A DNA stretch of 64,000 nt from Firmicutes bacterium CAG:460 (GCA_000437355.1 FR899764.1:24884-88883), one strand, 5' to 3'. Shown: positions 56,063 through 63,462, counted from the first letter of the stretch. Numbers and translations are program-made. The notes: a model not told the origin generated them from the sequence alone.

Positions 56063-56935
56063 TTATATCAACTTCTTTATTTTTTTGTAATCGTAATATG
56101 CAGATTGACAACCAATTGCCATATCAATTAAATAATAATCTTCGTCTACTTTCATTATATCTACTGACCAAATGCCAGATAATCCATCTTTAGTTTTTTT
56201 ATTATAAGGGATTAAGTTTTTTTCAATAAGTTCAATAACTCTATCTTTGTTATTTTCAAATTCAGATTCTAAATATAATTTCATATAATCAAATATTATT
56301 TTATCTGTTTTATTTAAATGCTTATAACAATACTCGTAATCCCAATAATTTACAATATATAAAACTCGATTTGAATCAAAATCAACAAATACCCTATATT
56401 CTGATCTTAAAGGTAACCCGTTATAAATTGTAGGAACTGTATTGTAATCATATTCAATAACTTCTCGAATAACCATTTCTGAGGTTCCATCAGCATCAAA
56501 ACACATTCCTGTATATTGTATATTTAAGAATTTTCCAGGAATATCATAATAATTGCTAAAACAATCATTAGCATTAAATTTGTTACTAAAAGCTCCATTC
56601 TTAATATTATATAATCGACCTTTTTTAATTTCTTTATTACTTTCTAATTTTTCTTTTAAAATTAATAATGCTTTTTCTCTACTATCTTCCTCTTCCATTG
56701 ATTCTAATATTTTCCATTCCTCAAATGAAAATTTAAAAATCCATGCCTTAACCATTTTTATTCCGCAATCTTTTACTTTAGGATACCAATACGAAAAATT
56801 GTTAGGATTATTTATTTCATCTTTATAATGCTCTTCTCTCAATTTTTCAAAATCAACATTCTCAAATATATGAGGAATAGTTCTTTCTTTTTCTTTATTC
56901 ATAAATTCCTTTCTACGATAATCTAATACAAACAA
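56063..56935 (-). CDS. Phage ATP-grasp-like protein
   Basis: Blocks LYNIKNGAFSNKF, EMVIREVIEY, GLPLRSEYRVFVDF, YIVNYWDY and WSVDIMKVDEDYYLIDMA resemble the phage-associated ATP-grasp (R2K-type) layout. Confidence 0.4.
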   Translation of the reverse strand: MFVLDYRRKEFMNKEKERTIPHIFENVDFEKLREEHYKDEINNPNNFSYWYPKVKDCGIKMVKAWIFKFSFEEWKILESMEEEDSREKALLILKEKLESNKEIKKGRLYNIKNGAFSNKFNANDCFSNYYDIPGKFLNIQYTGMCFDADGTSEMVIREVIEYDYNTVPTIYNGLPLRSEYRVFVDFDSNRVLYIVNYWDYEYCYKHLNKTDKIIFDYMKLYLESEFENNKDRVIELIEKNLIPYNKKTKDGLSGIWSVDIMKVDEDYYLIDMAIGCQSAYYDYKKIKKLI

Positions 56936-57116
56936 ATCCTTTATTATATTTGTCTTTTACTTTTTCAAATCTTTTTAAATATGATGGACTAGCATAAAAT
57001 TCTATTGTTTCAGGTTTCACATTACACTTTTCCGCTAATTCTTTTGCTGTACCTATATCTATAAATTTATCACCTTTATAGATTGCATATTCTATAATCT
57101 TTTTTTTAATCAACAA
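56913..57116 (-). CDS. Hypothetical phage protein
   Basis: 67-aa ORF. Possible HTH (IGTAKELAEKCNVKPETI). Confidence 0.4.
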   Translation of the reverse strand: MLIKKKIIEYAIYKGDKFIDIGTAKELAEKCNVKPETIEFYASPSYLKRFEKVKDKYNKGFVCIRLS

Positions 57117-57322
57117 TCATCACCTTCATAATTTATGCATTTTTTAAGAAAATCATAATTCTTATTAGTTAAAATGATAACAGTTTCGAAAACCTCTTTT
57201 GTTAGATTCCAGACTGCTCCAAATGTATTTTCAATATCAATCCCTTTGAATGCACATTCATTTGCAAATTTATAAAGTTCTTTTTCATAATCTGATAATT
57301 CTTTACTATTCATAACTATCAT
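57110..57322 (-). CDS. Hypothetical phage protein
   Basis: 70-aa ORF. Confidence 0.4.
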   Translation of the reverse strand: MIVMNSKELSDYEKELYKFANECAFKGIDIENTFGAVWNLTKEVFETVIILTNKNYDFLKKCINYEGDDC

Positions 57323-57653
57323 TCCTTTCCAGTTCTTGTATTAGATTTATAATTTTTTCAATAAATTCTTTATTATCATGGGTAGAATTGATTTTCAAAA
57401 TTTTAAAATGATCCTTTAACTTATTCCATTTCTTTTTATAATCATTAATTTCACAAAGCTCATTTCGTAATTCTATGACATCATCTTCTCTACGATTGTT
57501 GCTTCTTTCTAAATATTTAATTCTCTTTTGCTGTTGCTCAATATCTTGTCGTAATTTATCACAGTCTTTATGCATATATACGAGTTCTCTTGCTAATTCT
57601 CCTTTTGAAAAATTATCTTTATAGCCTTGTTTGTCAAATATTCCTAATCTCAT
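57306..57653 (-). CDS. Hypothetical coiled-coil phage protein
   Basis: 115-aa ORF overlapping the recombinase gene stop. Confidence 0.45.
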   Translation of the reverse strand: MRLGIFDKQGYKDNFSKGELARELVYMHKDCDKLRQDIEQQQKRIKYLERSNNRREDDVIELRNELCEINDYKKKWNKLKDHFKILKINSTHDNKEFIEKIINLIQELERNDSYE

Positions 57654-58318
57654 CTTTTTTTTGCACCACCAATATAAATCGACTCACGATCTTCTTCAAC
57701 ATCATTCATATCCCACATTACATAAAACATTGTAATCGATGGATCTTCGTGGTTATACATTCTTTGAAGGGTTACGAGCTTACCACCATTTTTAATAAAT
57801 TGATATCCAAATGTTTTTCTTAAACTATGAAGTTCAAATCTAAAATCAATTCCACAAGCATTAATTACTTTTGCGAATATTGTTTGTCTACAATTTTGTC
57901 TAGTAATTGGATAAATCACCTCTTTAGTAACTCCGTTATAAGTATCTTTTTTCTTTTGTCCCATAAACAAGTAACTGTTGCTATTTAATTTGTATTTTGC
58001 TACATACTGCATTATTTCATTATGCAAATCTTTATTCATTCTGAAATGTTGCCATTTACCAGTCTTATTTTCCTTTATTGAAACATAACCTTTTTCAACA
58101 TCTTTTACTTTCAGCTGAAGTAAATCCTCTGCTCTGAAAGCGGTGTTAAAACCAATTAGAAATAACATGTAATTTCTGTCTGCTTGATATTTTTTTATAG
58201 GTGTTTTAGCACTCGCAGCTTGAAATCGTAGATAATCCATTACTCTTTTAAGAAGCTTTTCATCTTTAATTGGCAGTGTTTTTCCTTTACCACCACTAGT
58301 TTTAATTCTTCTAGTCAT
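57650..58318 (-). CDS. Minimal tyrosine recombinase (catalytic domain only), second recombinase of the prophage
   Basis: 222 aa. Candidate catalytic residues in FRAEDLL (Arg), HSLRKTFG (His-x-x-Arg), YNH and MFYV (Tyr). No long N-terminal arm-binding domain. Confidence 0.7.
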   Translation of the reverse strand: MTRRIKTSGGKGKTLPIKDEKLLKRVMDYLRFQAASAKTPIKKYQADRNYMLFLIGFNTAFRAEDLLQLKVKDVEKGYVSIKENKTGKWQHFRMNKDLHNEIMQYVAKYKLNSNSYLFMGQKKKDTYNGVTKEVIYPITRQNCRQTIFAKVINACGIDFRFELHSLRKTFGYQFIKNGGKLVTLQRMYNHEDPSITMFYVMWDMNDVEEDRESIYIGGAKKR

Positions 58319-58331
58319 TTTTTATCCTTTC

Positions 58332-58433
58332 TTTGTCCACTAATCTGAGGAAATCATTATCATAGAATAAGGGATGATGTATAATGAAAAGACTGATAAG
58401 ACGTTTAATAATTTCCTCAACTTAGTGGACAAA
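58332..58433. repeat. Imperfect inverted repeat (28-bp arms, 25/28) enclosing a 46-bp segment, directly upstream of the small recombinase gene
   Basis: Left arm TTTGTCCACTAATCTGAGGAAATCATTA (58332-58359). Right arm reverse complement TTTGTCCACTAAGTTGAGGAAATTATTA (58406-58433). The loop holds a plus-strand TTATCA, 17 nt, TATAAT (58357-58385). Confidence 0.85.
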
Positions 58434-58441
58434 TTTTTAAT

Positions 58442-58684
58442 TTAGTCCTCTTTGTATTCAACTAGTTTTTTTCTAATTAAATCACTTACATCTTCTGCTT
58501 CAACATTGTACCCCATTAAATGACCATTTTCTTCATGATATTTTTTAATAGATGCATCTTTTAAGATTTCAATAAAAGCAAAAGTATCATCGTTTTTAAG
58601 TAATTTTGTATAACCTCCTAAGGTATCTTTATACCCGAGTTTTTCTAGTTCCTTCAATTTTTTTAAATCTCTAAATACATACAT
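58442..58684 (-). CDS. Hypothetical phage protein
   Basis: 80-aa ORF. Confidence 0.45.
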   Translation of the reverse strand: MYVFRDLKKLKELEKLGYKDTLGGYTKLLKNDDTFAFIEILKDASIKKYHEENGHLMGYNVEAEDVSDLIRKKLVEYKED

Positions 58685-58889
58685 CTTTTTTTACCTCCGC
58701 ATAGCACTTTTCGCAAACATTGATTTCTTTTACAATTTCTTTACCATAAGTTGTAATAAGTCTCTTTCTAGTTCCATTTCCAACTTCATATTGATATACT
58801 TTATCTCTAAAACCGATTGGATATTTATATAGTTTTTCACCTGGTGCTGTAGTTCTTTTACACTTCTCACATTTAAACATTTTAATCAA
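58671..58889 (-). CDS. Zinc-ribbon phage protein
   Basis: Paired CxxC motifs (CEKCKRT ... CEKCYAE). Confidence 0.5.
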   Translation of the reverse strand: MIKMFKCEKCKRTTAPGEKLYKYPIGFRDKVYQYEVGNGTRKRLITTYGKEIVKEINVCEKCYAEVKKDVCI

Positions 58890-58895
58890 TCCCTT

Positions 58896-59114
58896 CTAAT
58901 CTTTTTTAAATCTTTTTATTGCTTCTTCTAAGTCGGATATATATTCATTTCCGCAAAATCCACAATTATCTTTTCTTCCTAACAACTGTCTTGTAATAAC
59001 ATATTTTTCAAAATTATTAGGTACAAAGAAAAGGTATTTTCCTTCTTTTTGCTTTATCAAATAACATTCGCCTAAACCTGGATTAATAACTTTTTCATAT
59101 AACTTTAATTTCAT
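58896..59114 (-). CDS. Hypothetical phage protein
   Basis: 72-aa ORF. Confidence 0.45.
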   Translation of the reverse strand: MKLKLYEKVINPGLGECYLIKQKEGKYLFFVPNNFEKYVITRQLLGRKDNCGFCGNEYISDLEEAIKRFKKD

Positions 59115-59392
59115 ACTTCCTCCTTAATATCTTCTAATTTTGTGTTTTCCGGATAACCTAAAACAAATAACAATGCTTTTATTTGCCCATCTTCATATAC
59201 TTTCATTGTTCCATTTGATGGGGCTTTAATAAGATATTTCAACTCTCTAATAATTTCATGTCGTGATTTAATAGCTCCATATTTTTCATATAATAATCTA
59301 TTTTGTTGTTCTAATGACAAGACTTTAGCTTTTAACTTTAATATTTCACGTTCTTTATCATCAGTCTTCGGAATTTCCCCGTAAAGCATCAA
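59111..59392 (-). CDS. Hypothetical phage protein
   Basis: 93-aa ORF. Confidence 0.45.
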   Translation of the reverse strand: MMLYGEIPKTDDKEREILKLKAKVLSLEQQNRLLYEKYGAIKSRHEIIRELKYLIKAPSNGTMKVYEDGQIKALLFVLGYPENTKLEDIKEEV

Positions 59393-59849
59393 TTTCTTTC
59401 AACGTCCTTCTAACAGAATTTTTTTGAACTCTTGGAGCTTTCATTTTTTGAGTTGTTCCTTTACAACTTCTTATTTTTTTTACTTTAAGAACTTTTTCAC
59501 TTTTTTCAAGTTCTTCAATTGTTCTTTTTAATGCATTTATTATTCTTTGCATACCACCACGAGCTGAATTAGATAGTCTTAATTTCTTTTCTAGTTCCAA
59601 TATTTTGTCATCTTTTTCACGATTAAGATTTGTTTTAAAATTAATTAATTCTTCAAATTTTTTGCCACTATTTTTCAAATTTTCTATTTGTTTTAAATAA
59701 TTATTTTCTTTTTTAGATTTGTCTTCTAAAACTCTATAATTTCTATCTTTTTCACATTTTAATGAATCCTTTAGTTTTTCAATTTCAATTTTTGCTAAAC
59801 TCAATTCACCTTTTAATTTATTGTATTTTTTACCACTAACTAGTATCAT
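59361..59849 (-). CDS. Hypothetical coiled-coil phage protein
   Basis: 162-aa ORF, Lys/Glu-rich. Confidence 0.45.
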   Translation of the reverse strand: MILVSGKKYNKLKGELSLAKIEIEKLKDSLKCEKDRNYRVLEDKSKKENNYLKQIENLKNSGKKFEELINFKTNLNREKDDKILELEKKLRLSNSARGGMQRIINALKRTIEELEKSEKVLKVKKIRSCKGTTQKMKAPRVQKNSVRRTLKEIDALRGNSED

Positions 59850-59851
59850 TT

Positions 59852-60544
59852 TTAATCAGCTCCTTTACTATGTAACCAGTCAAAGTTTAAAACTTCTTTT
59901 TGCTCATCGGTTAACTCAATTTCTGAATTATTTAATGAACTTATAACACCTGATTTAAAATTTTCAACCTTTGTTTTCCCCATGTTTTTCCAATTAGTTA
60001 AAATTCCATCAATATAACCAATTGAAACTTTTTCATTTCTCTTTGCTATTTCAATAGCTGCTTTAATTACATCAAGTTCAAATGTACTTTCCCACCTTTC
60101 GATTATTTCAAATTCATTTTGATTTATTGTTCTTTTTATTTCTTTTTCTAATAAAAGAAATAAATCATTATCATTTACATTTTCATTATCATTTACATTT
60201 TCATTTTCATTAAACTTGTTTTGTTTGTTTTTGCTTGTTTTGCTTGATTGATTGTTTTTGCAAGCATTTTTATTACCTTTAGGAGCACCGCCCCTTTGCC
60301 CAGCCATACTGCGTTTAAGAGTAATTTGATTGTATTTTTCATTGTCAACAAGCAATTGGTTGTTTATGAAATCAAAAGCCATTTCTATATCATTTTCTAA
60401 AACAACCTCATTTCCGAGTTGTTTTTCAAATAATGCTCTAAAAAGTCTTCCGAGTTGTTCATTGTTCAACTTTTTAATAATGTTATAATGAGAAAAATAA
60501 AATATTATACTGTCTTTTTCTTTCACATTTTTGTTCCCTTTCAT
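59852..60544 (-). CDS. Replication initiation/organiser protein with a C-terminal DnaD-like domain
   Basis: The C-terminus FEIIERWESTFELDVIKAAIEIAKRNEKVSIGYIDGILTNWKNMG matches the DnaD/DnaB_2 repeat. A low-complexity linker lies in the middle. Confidence 0.65.
   Translation of the reverse strand: MKGNKNVKEKDSIIFYFSHYNIIKKLNNEQLGRLFRALFEKQLGNEVVLENDIEMAFDFINNQLLVDNEKYNQITLKRSMAGQRGGAPKGNKNACKNNQSSKTSKNKQNKFNENENVNDNENVNDNDLFLLLEKEIKRTINQNEFEIIERWESTFELDVIKAAIEIAKRNEKVSIGYIDGILTNWKNMGKTKVENFKSGVISSLNNSEIELTDEQKEVLNFDWLHSKGAD
60165..60210. repeat. 18-bp tandem repeat (2.5 copies) inside the replication gene linker
   Basis: tcattatcatttacattt at 60165-60182 and 60183-60200, plus a partial copy. 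Encodes NENVND repeats. Confidence 0.8.
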
Positions 60545-60579
60545 TTAATTTTTAACCCAACCAATTGCCCCTGAAATTT

Positions 60580-60804
60580 TTATTTTATATTTTTGCTTTT
60601 AAGATAAGCATCTATATAGTCGAAGCATGTAACTGCAATAGTAGCTTCTATAAGATTTGCAACAATTCCATAAACAGTAAAAGTTCCATTAAACGCAACA
60701 GCTATTATCCAATCAGTAATAAACATGATTGTTGTTATGACGCCAAGCAGAAATATTAATGTATTTTTTAGATTAATTTTCATTTGCACTTTCCCCCTTT
60801 TCAT
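60580..60804 (-). CDS. Small phage membrane protein
   Basis: 74 aa, two TM helices. Confidence 0.45.
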   Translation of the reverse strand: MKRGKVQMKINLKNTLIFLLGVITTIMFITDWIIAVAFNGTFTVYGIVANLIEATIAVTCFDYIDAYLKSKNIK

Positions 60805-60985
60805 TTTTCATTTCAAATTGGTTATCCCAAAACTTTTTTAATATTCTTCCACTATATGTAACAATTTCTGGATATTTTTCTTTTATTTCTTCATTTAATT
60901 TATAAATCAAATCATAACATTTTGTTCTTTTATATCCTGTTTGTTTCATAATTTCTTTAACTGTATAAAATTCATTTTCTTTCAT
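60773..60985 (-). CDS. Small HTH DNA-binding protein (excisionase-like candidate)
   Basis: YTVKEIMKQTGYKRTKCYDLIYKL resembles excisionase/MerR-type HTH. First gene of the early operon after the cro-like gene. Confidence 0.45.
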   Translation of the reverse strand: MKENEFYTVKEIMKQTGYKRTKCYDLIYKLNEEIKEKYPEIVTYSGRILKKFWDNQFEMKNEKGESANEN

Positions 60986-61034
60986 ATAAAATAAGATCCT
61001 TTCTTTATATCACTTTTGTTTTGTTTTAAAAAAG

Positions 61035-61060
61035 ATTTTGTTTTAGTCTTGTCGGACTTT
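61035..61060. repeat. Left copy of the 26-bp perfect inverted repeat
   Basis: attttgttttagtcttgtcggacttt is the exact reverse complement of 62144-62169. Confidence 0.95.
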
Positions 61061-61295
61061 ATTCACATTTTGTGGATGTACTATTTAAATAAAAACAACT
61101 TAATTCACACCCAATAGCATTAGAAATATAAAATAATAATATAGCACTAATTTTACTAGCATCAGTTTCATATTTAATATAAGTTTTACGAGAAATACCA
61201 ACTTCTTTAGCAATATCATCTTGAGTTTTATTTGCTCTATTTCTTTCAGCTTTAATATTATTCGCAATAGTAATACCATTAACAGTATAATTCAT
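61059..61295 (-). CDS. Cro-like XRE-family HTH protein
   Basis: Start at ATG 61295 after GGGAGGTG. HTH KTQDDIAKEVGISRKTYIKYE. Confidence 0.75.
   Translation of the reverse strand: MNYTVNGITIANNIKAERNRANKTQDDIAKEVGISRKTYIKYETDASKISAILLFYISNAIGCELSCFYLNSTSTKCE
61064..61079. promoter_or_regulatory. Operator-like site copy 3 (inside the cro-like gene 3' end)
   Basis: CACATTTTGTGGATGT, identical over 16 bp to 61330-61345. Confidence 0.5.
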
Positions 61296-61319
61296 TTTAT
61301 CACCTCCCAACTTTACTTA

Positions 61320-61348
61320 ATTATAACTCCACATTTTGTGGATGTCAA
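61320..61348 (-). promoter_or_regulatory. Early (cro-side) promoter with perfect consensus
   Basis: On the minus strand: TTGACA (61343-61348), a 17-nt spacer, then TATAAT (61320-61325). The spacer is the palindromic operator. Confidence 0.75.
61329..61341. promoter_or_regulatory. Palindromic operator CCACATTTTGTGG
   Basis: Perfect 13-bp palindrome lying exactly in the early-promoter spacer. Confidence 0.7.
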
Positions 61349-61357
61349 TATCTTTTT

Positions 61358-61370
61358 ACACATTTTGTGT
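61358..61370. promoter_or_regulatory. Second palindromic operator ACACATTTTGTGT
   Basis: Perfect 13-bp palindrome, 29 bp centre-to-centre from the first. Confidence 0.6.
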
Positions 61371-61378
61371 ATTTTTAG

Positions 61379-61407
61379 TTGATTATAGTAAATTATAAGT
61401 GTATAAT
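61379..61407 (+). promoter_or_regulatory. Repressor-side promoter
   Basis: TTGATT (61379-61384), a 17-nt spacer, then TATAAT (61402-61407), upstream of the cI-like gene. Confidence 0.65.
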
Positions 61408-61430
61408 ACATATAGAAAGAAGTGATTTAG

Positions 61431-61664
61431 ATGAAATTGAACTTATATCTTTCTTCGAATATTAAATATTTAAGACAAGTGAGAGGAAAAACACAAGAAG
61501 ATTTAGGAAAAATATGTAATAAAAAAAACACTGCCATTAGCAATTGGGAAAATGGAATACGAGAACCAAGTGCAATAGATTTAGCAAGACTAGCAAATTA
61601 TTTCAATGTAAGTATAGATGATTTAATAATAAAAGACTTAAAAAATAATGAGGAGGAAAAATGA
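61431..61664 (+). CDS. Short cI-like XRE-family repressor (HTH only, no peptidase/oligomerisation domain)
   Basis: 77 aa. HTH KTQEDLGKICNKKNTAISNWENG. Divergent from the cro-like gene. Confidence 0.75.
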   Translation: MKLNLYLSSNIKYLRQVRGKTQEDLGKICNKKNTAISNWENGIREPSAIDLARLANYFNVSIDDLIIKDLKNNEEEK

Positions 61665-62092
61665 TAAATAAAAGCTATTTAAAAACTCTATTATTGATAA
61701 GTATTATATTTATTTTATCTGGTTGTAGCAATAATAACAAACAAGATATAAGTGAAAATCAAATAATAAGAGAAGAAATAATATGTACAGATTACAACGA
61801 AATGGCAGAATGCACACAAAAAACATTAATGTTAAATTTCAAAATTAATTATCTTTATTCAAATAGGTCAACCATACTACAAAATTATTATAATATAGAA
61901 AAATATATAAAAAATAATAATCTAGAAGATATTAATAATATTCAATATATTGGTTATATTAACGATAACAAAATTATTTCTTTTAATGTAAATAAAGAAC
62001 TTATTAGCAAAATTAAAAATAAAGAAATAATAGTCTATGATTATGAAGATGAATTAAATGAACTATGGATAAGTAATGAATTAAAAAAATAG
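61661..62092 (+). CDS. Prophage lipoprotein (superinfection-exclusion candidate)
   Basis: Lipobox FILSGC. Co-transcribed with the repressor (ATGA overlap). Confidence 0.6.
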   Translation: MINKSYLKTLLLISIIFILSGCSNNNKQDISENQIIREEIICTDYNEMAECTQKTLMLNFKINYLYSNRSTILQNYYNIEKYIKNNNLEDINNIQYIGYINDNKIISFNVNKELISKIKNKEIIVYDYEDELNELWISNELKK

Positions 62093-62103
62093 AAAAACAA
62101 AAA

Positions 62104-62127
62104 AAGCCTCGTGCTGGAACACGAAGC
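62104..62127 (-). terminator. Hairpin whose U-run is on the minus strand, lying between two plus-strand genes
   Basis: Plus strand reads A7-GCCTCGTG-ctggaa-CACGAAGC-aaaa. Only the minus-strand transcript would end in a U-run. Confidence 0.4.
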
Positions 62128-62143
62128 AAAATGAAAAATCACA

Positions 62144-62169
62144 AAAGTCCGACAAGACTAAAACAAAAT
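62144..62169. repeat. Right copy of the 26-bp perfect inverted repeat
   Basis: aaagtccgacaagactaaaacaaaat. It lies ~90 nt upstream of the integrase ATG, and a TATAAT sits at 62179-62184. Confidence 0.95.
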
Positions 62170-62259
62170 ATCAAGCGATATAATGTTTATGGATCTTTCA
62201 TATTCATTATATCACAAATGCATAAAAAAACAAAGAAAAATATACAAGGAGTGATAAAA

Positions 62260-63426
62260 ATGAATACAAAAATATATGAAAGAACTAGATGGGAAAATAT
62301 ATATAGACATAAAACAAATAAAAATTACGTAATTAGATTCAATGGTAAAGTTGAAACTAGTGTATCTAAGGATGAACGTGGCAATAAAATATTTGATTCT
62401 GAAACAGCAAGAAGAATTAGAGATAACCAAATAATTATTAATCAAAAGAAAATCCAAATTAAGCATAAAGAATTAATTGATGATCATTGGGATAGATATA
62501 TTGAGGAATGCAAGTATATGAAAAAACAAGCATATAACACTATAATAAGAAAAACAAAAGCATATAACAAATATATCAGAAGTAAAATATTAATGCCAGT
62601 CAATAAAATATCAAAAGATTATTGGGCAAAATATATTGATAAATTAGAATGTTCAGATAAACAAAAAAATCAATTAATAAAAACATTGAAAGCATTTTTA
62701 AATTGGTGTGTAGACGAAAATATCATTGTTCAAAATGAAATGAAAAAAGTAAAAAATTATAAAGTTGTAAAAGCTGAAATGAAGTACTGGTCACCTTTAG
62801 AAATTAAAACCTTCTTCACTAAAATTGATAGCTTAATAGAAACAGCCAATGACTTAACCTTTAAAAGACAATCTCTTATGATTAAAACTCTTGTCATGAT
62901 TAATTTTTGTTTAGGAGATAGAATTGGTGAAACAAGAGCTTTAACTTTTAATGATATAAATGAAAATAATATGACAATAAGAATAGCACACTCAATAAAT
63001 TATGATATAAAGTCAAAAGACTATTTATCTAATACAAAAAATTATCAATCACAACGTGATGTTCTAATAACTAATAAATTGATAACTCAAATTAAATTAT
63101 ACAAAGATTTTTTGTTAAATGAAATGAAATATAAGGTTACAGATGACTCACTAATATTCTATAATTATGAGTATGATAAACCACTATCAGATACAACAAT
63201 AAGAAATCAGTTTAAAAGATTTTGTCAATTATGTGGGGTCACTAAAATAAGATTATACGATTTAAGACATACCTACGTTGCCACGATGATGGCTGAAGGG
63301 AAAGAATTATATCAAATAAGTTCACGACTTGGACATAGCAGTTATGCAACTACTGTCAATAAATATGGTCATCTTTCAACTGAAATAAAAAAAGAAATAG
63401 CAAATACTACTGATAAATATCTATAA
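62260..63426 (+). CDS. int: Phage integrase (tyrosine recombinase)
   Basis: Start at ATG 62260 after AAGGAG. C-terminal catalytic motifs (GDRIGETRAL, LYDLRHTYVATMM, LGHSSYATTVNKYGH). Adjacent to the tRNA junction. Confidence 0.9.
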   Translation: MNTKIYERTRWENIYRHKTNKNYVIRFNGKVETSVSKDERGNKIFDSETARRIRDNQIIINQKKIQIKHKELIDDHWDRYIEECKYMKKQAYNTIIRKTKAYNKYIRSKILMPVNKISKDYWAKYIDKLECSDKQKNQLIKTLKAFLNWCVDENIIVQNEMKKVKNYKVVKAEMKYWSPLEIKTFFTKIDSLIETANDLTFKRQSLMIKTLVMINFCLGDRIGETRALTFNDINENNMTIRIAHSINYDIKSKDYLSNTKNYQSQRDVLITNKLITQIKLYKDFLLNEMKYKVTDDSLIFYNYEYDKPLSDTTIRNQFKRFCQLCGVTKIRLYDLRHTYVATMMAEGKELYQISSRLGHSSYATTVNKYGHLSTEIKKEIANTTDKYL

Positions 63427-63437
63427 AATCAGTGGTA

Positions 63438-63462
63438 TTTTTTTACCGCCTTTTTACCGTGG
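63438..63462. repeat. Tandem arm-type repeats TTTTTACCGCC / TTTTTACCGTGG, right arm
   Basis: Same motif and orientation as 36878-36904. Confidence 0.6.

Noticed and set aside
62131-62259. 43-codon N-terminal extension of the integrase ORF in the track
   Set aside because: The ATG at 62260 has a good AAGGAG SD. The extension covers a terminator hairpin tail, the 26-bp repeat and a TATAAT box, so it is more likely regulatory DNA than coding.
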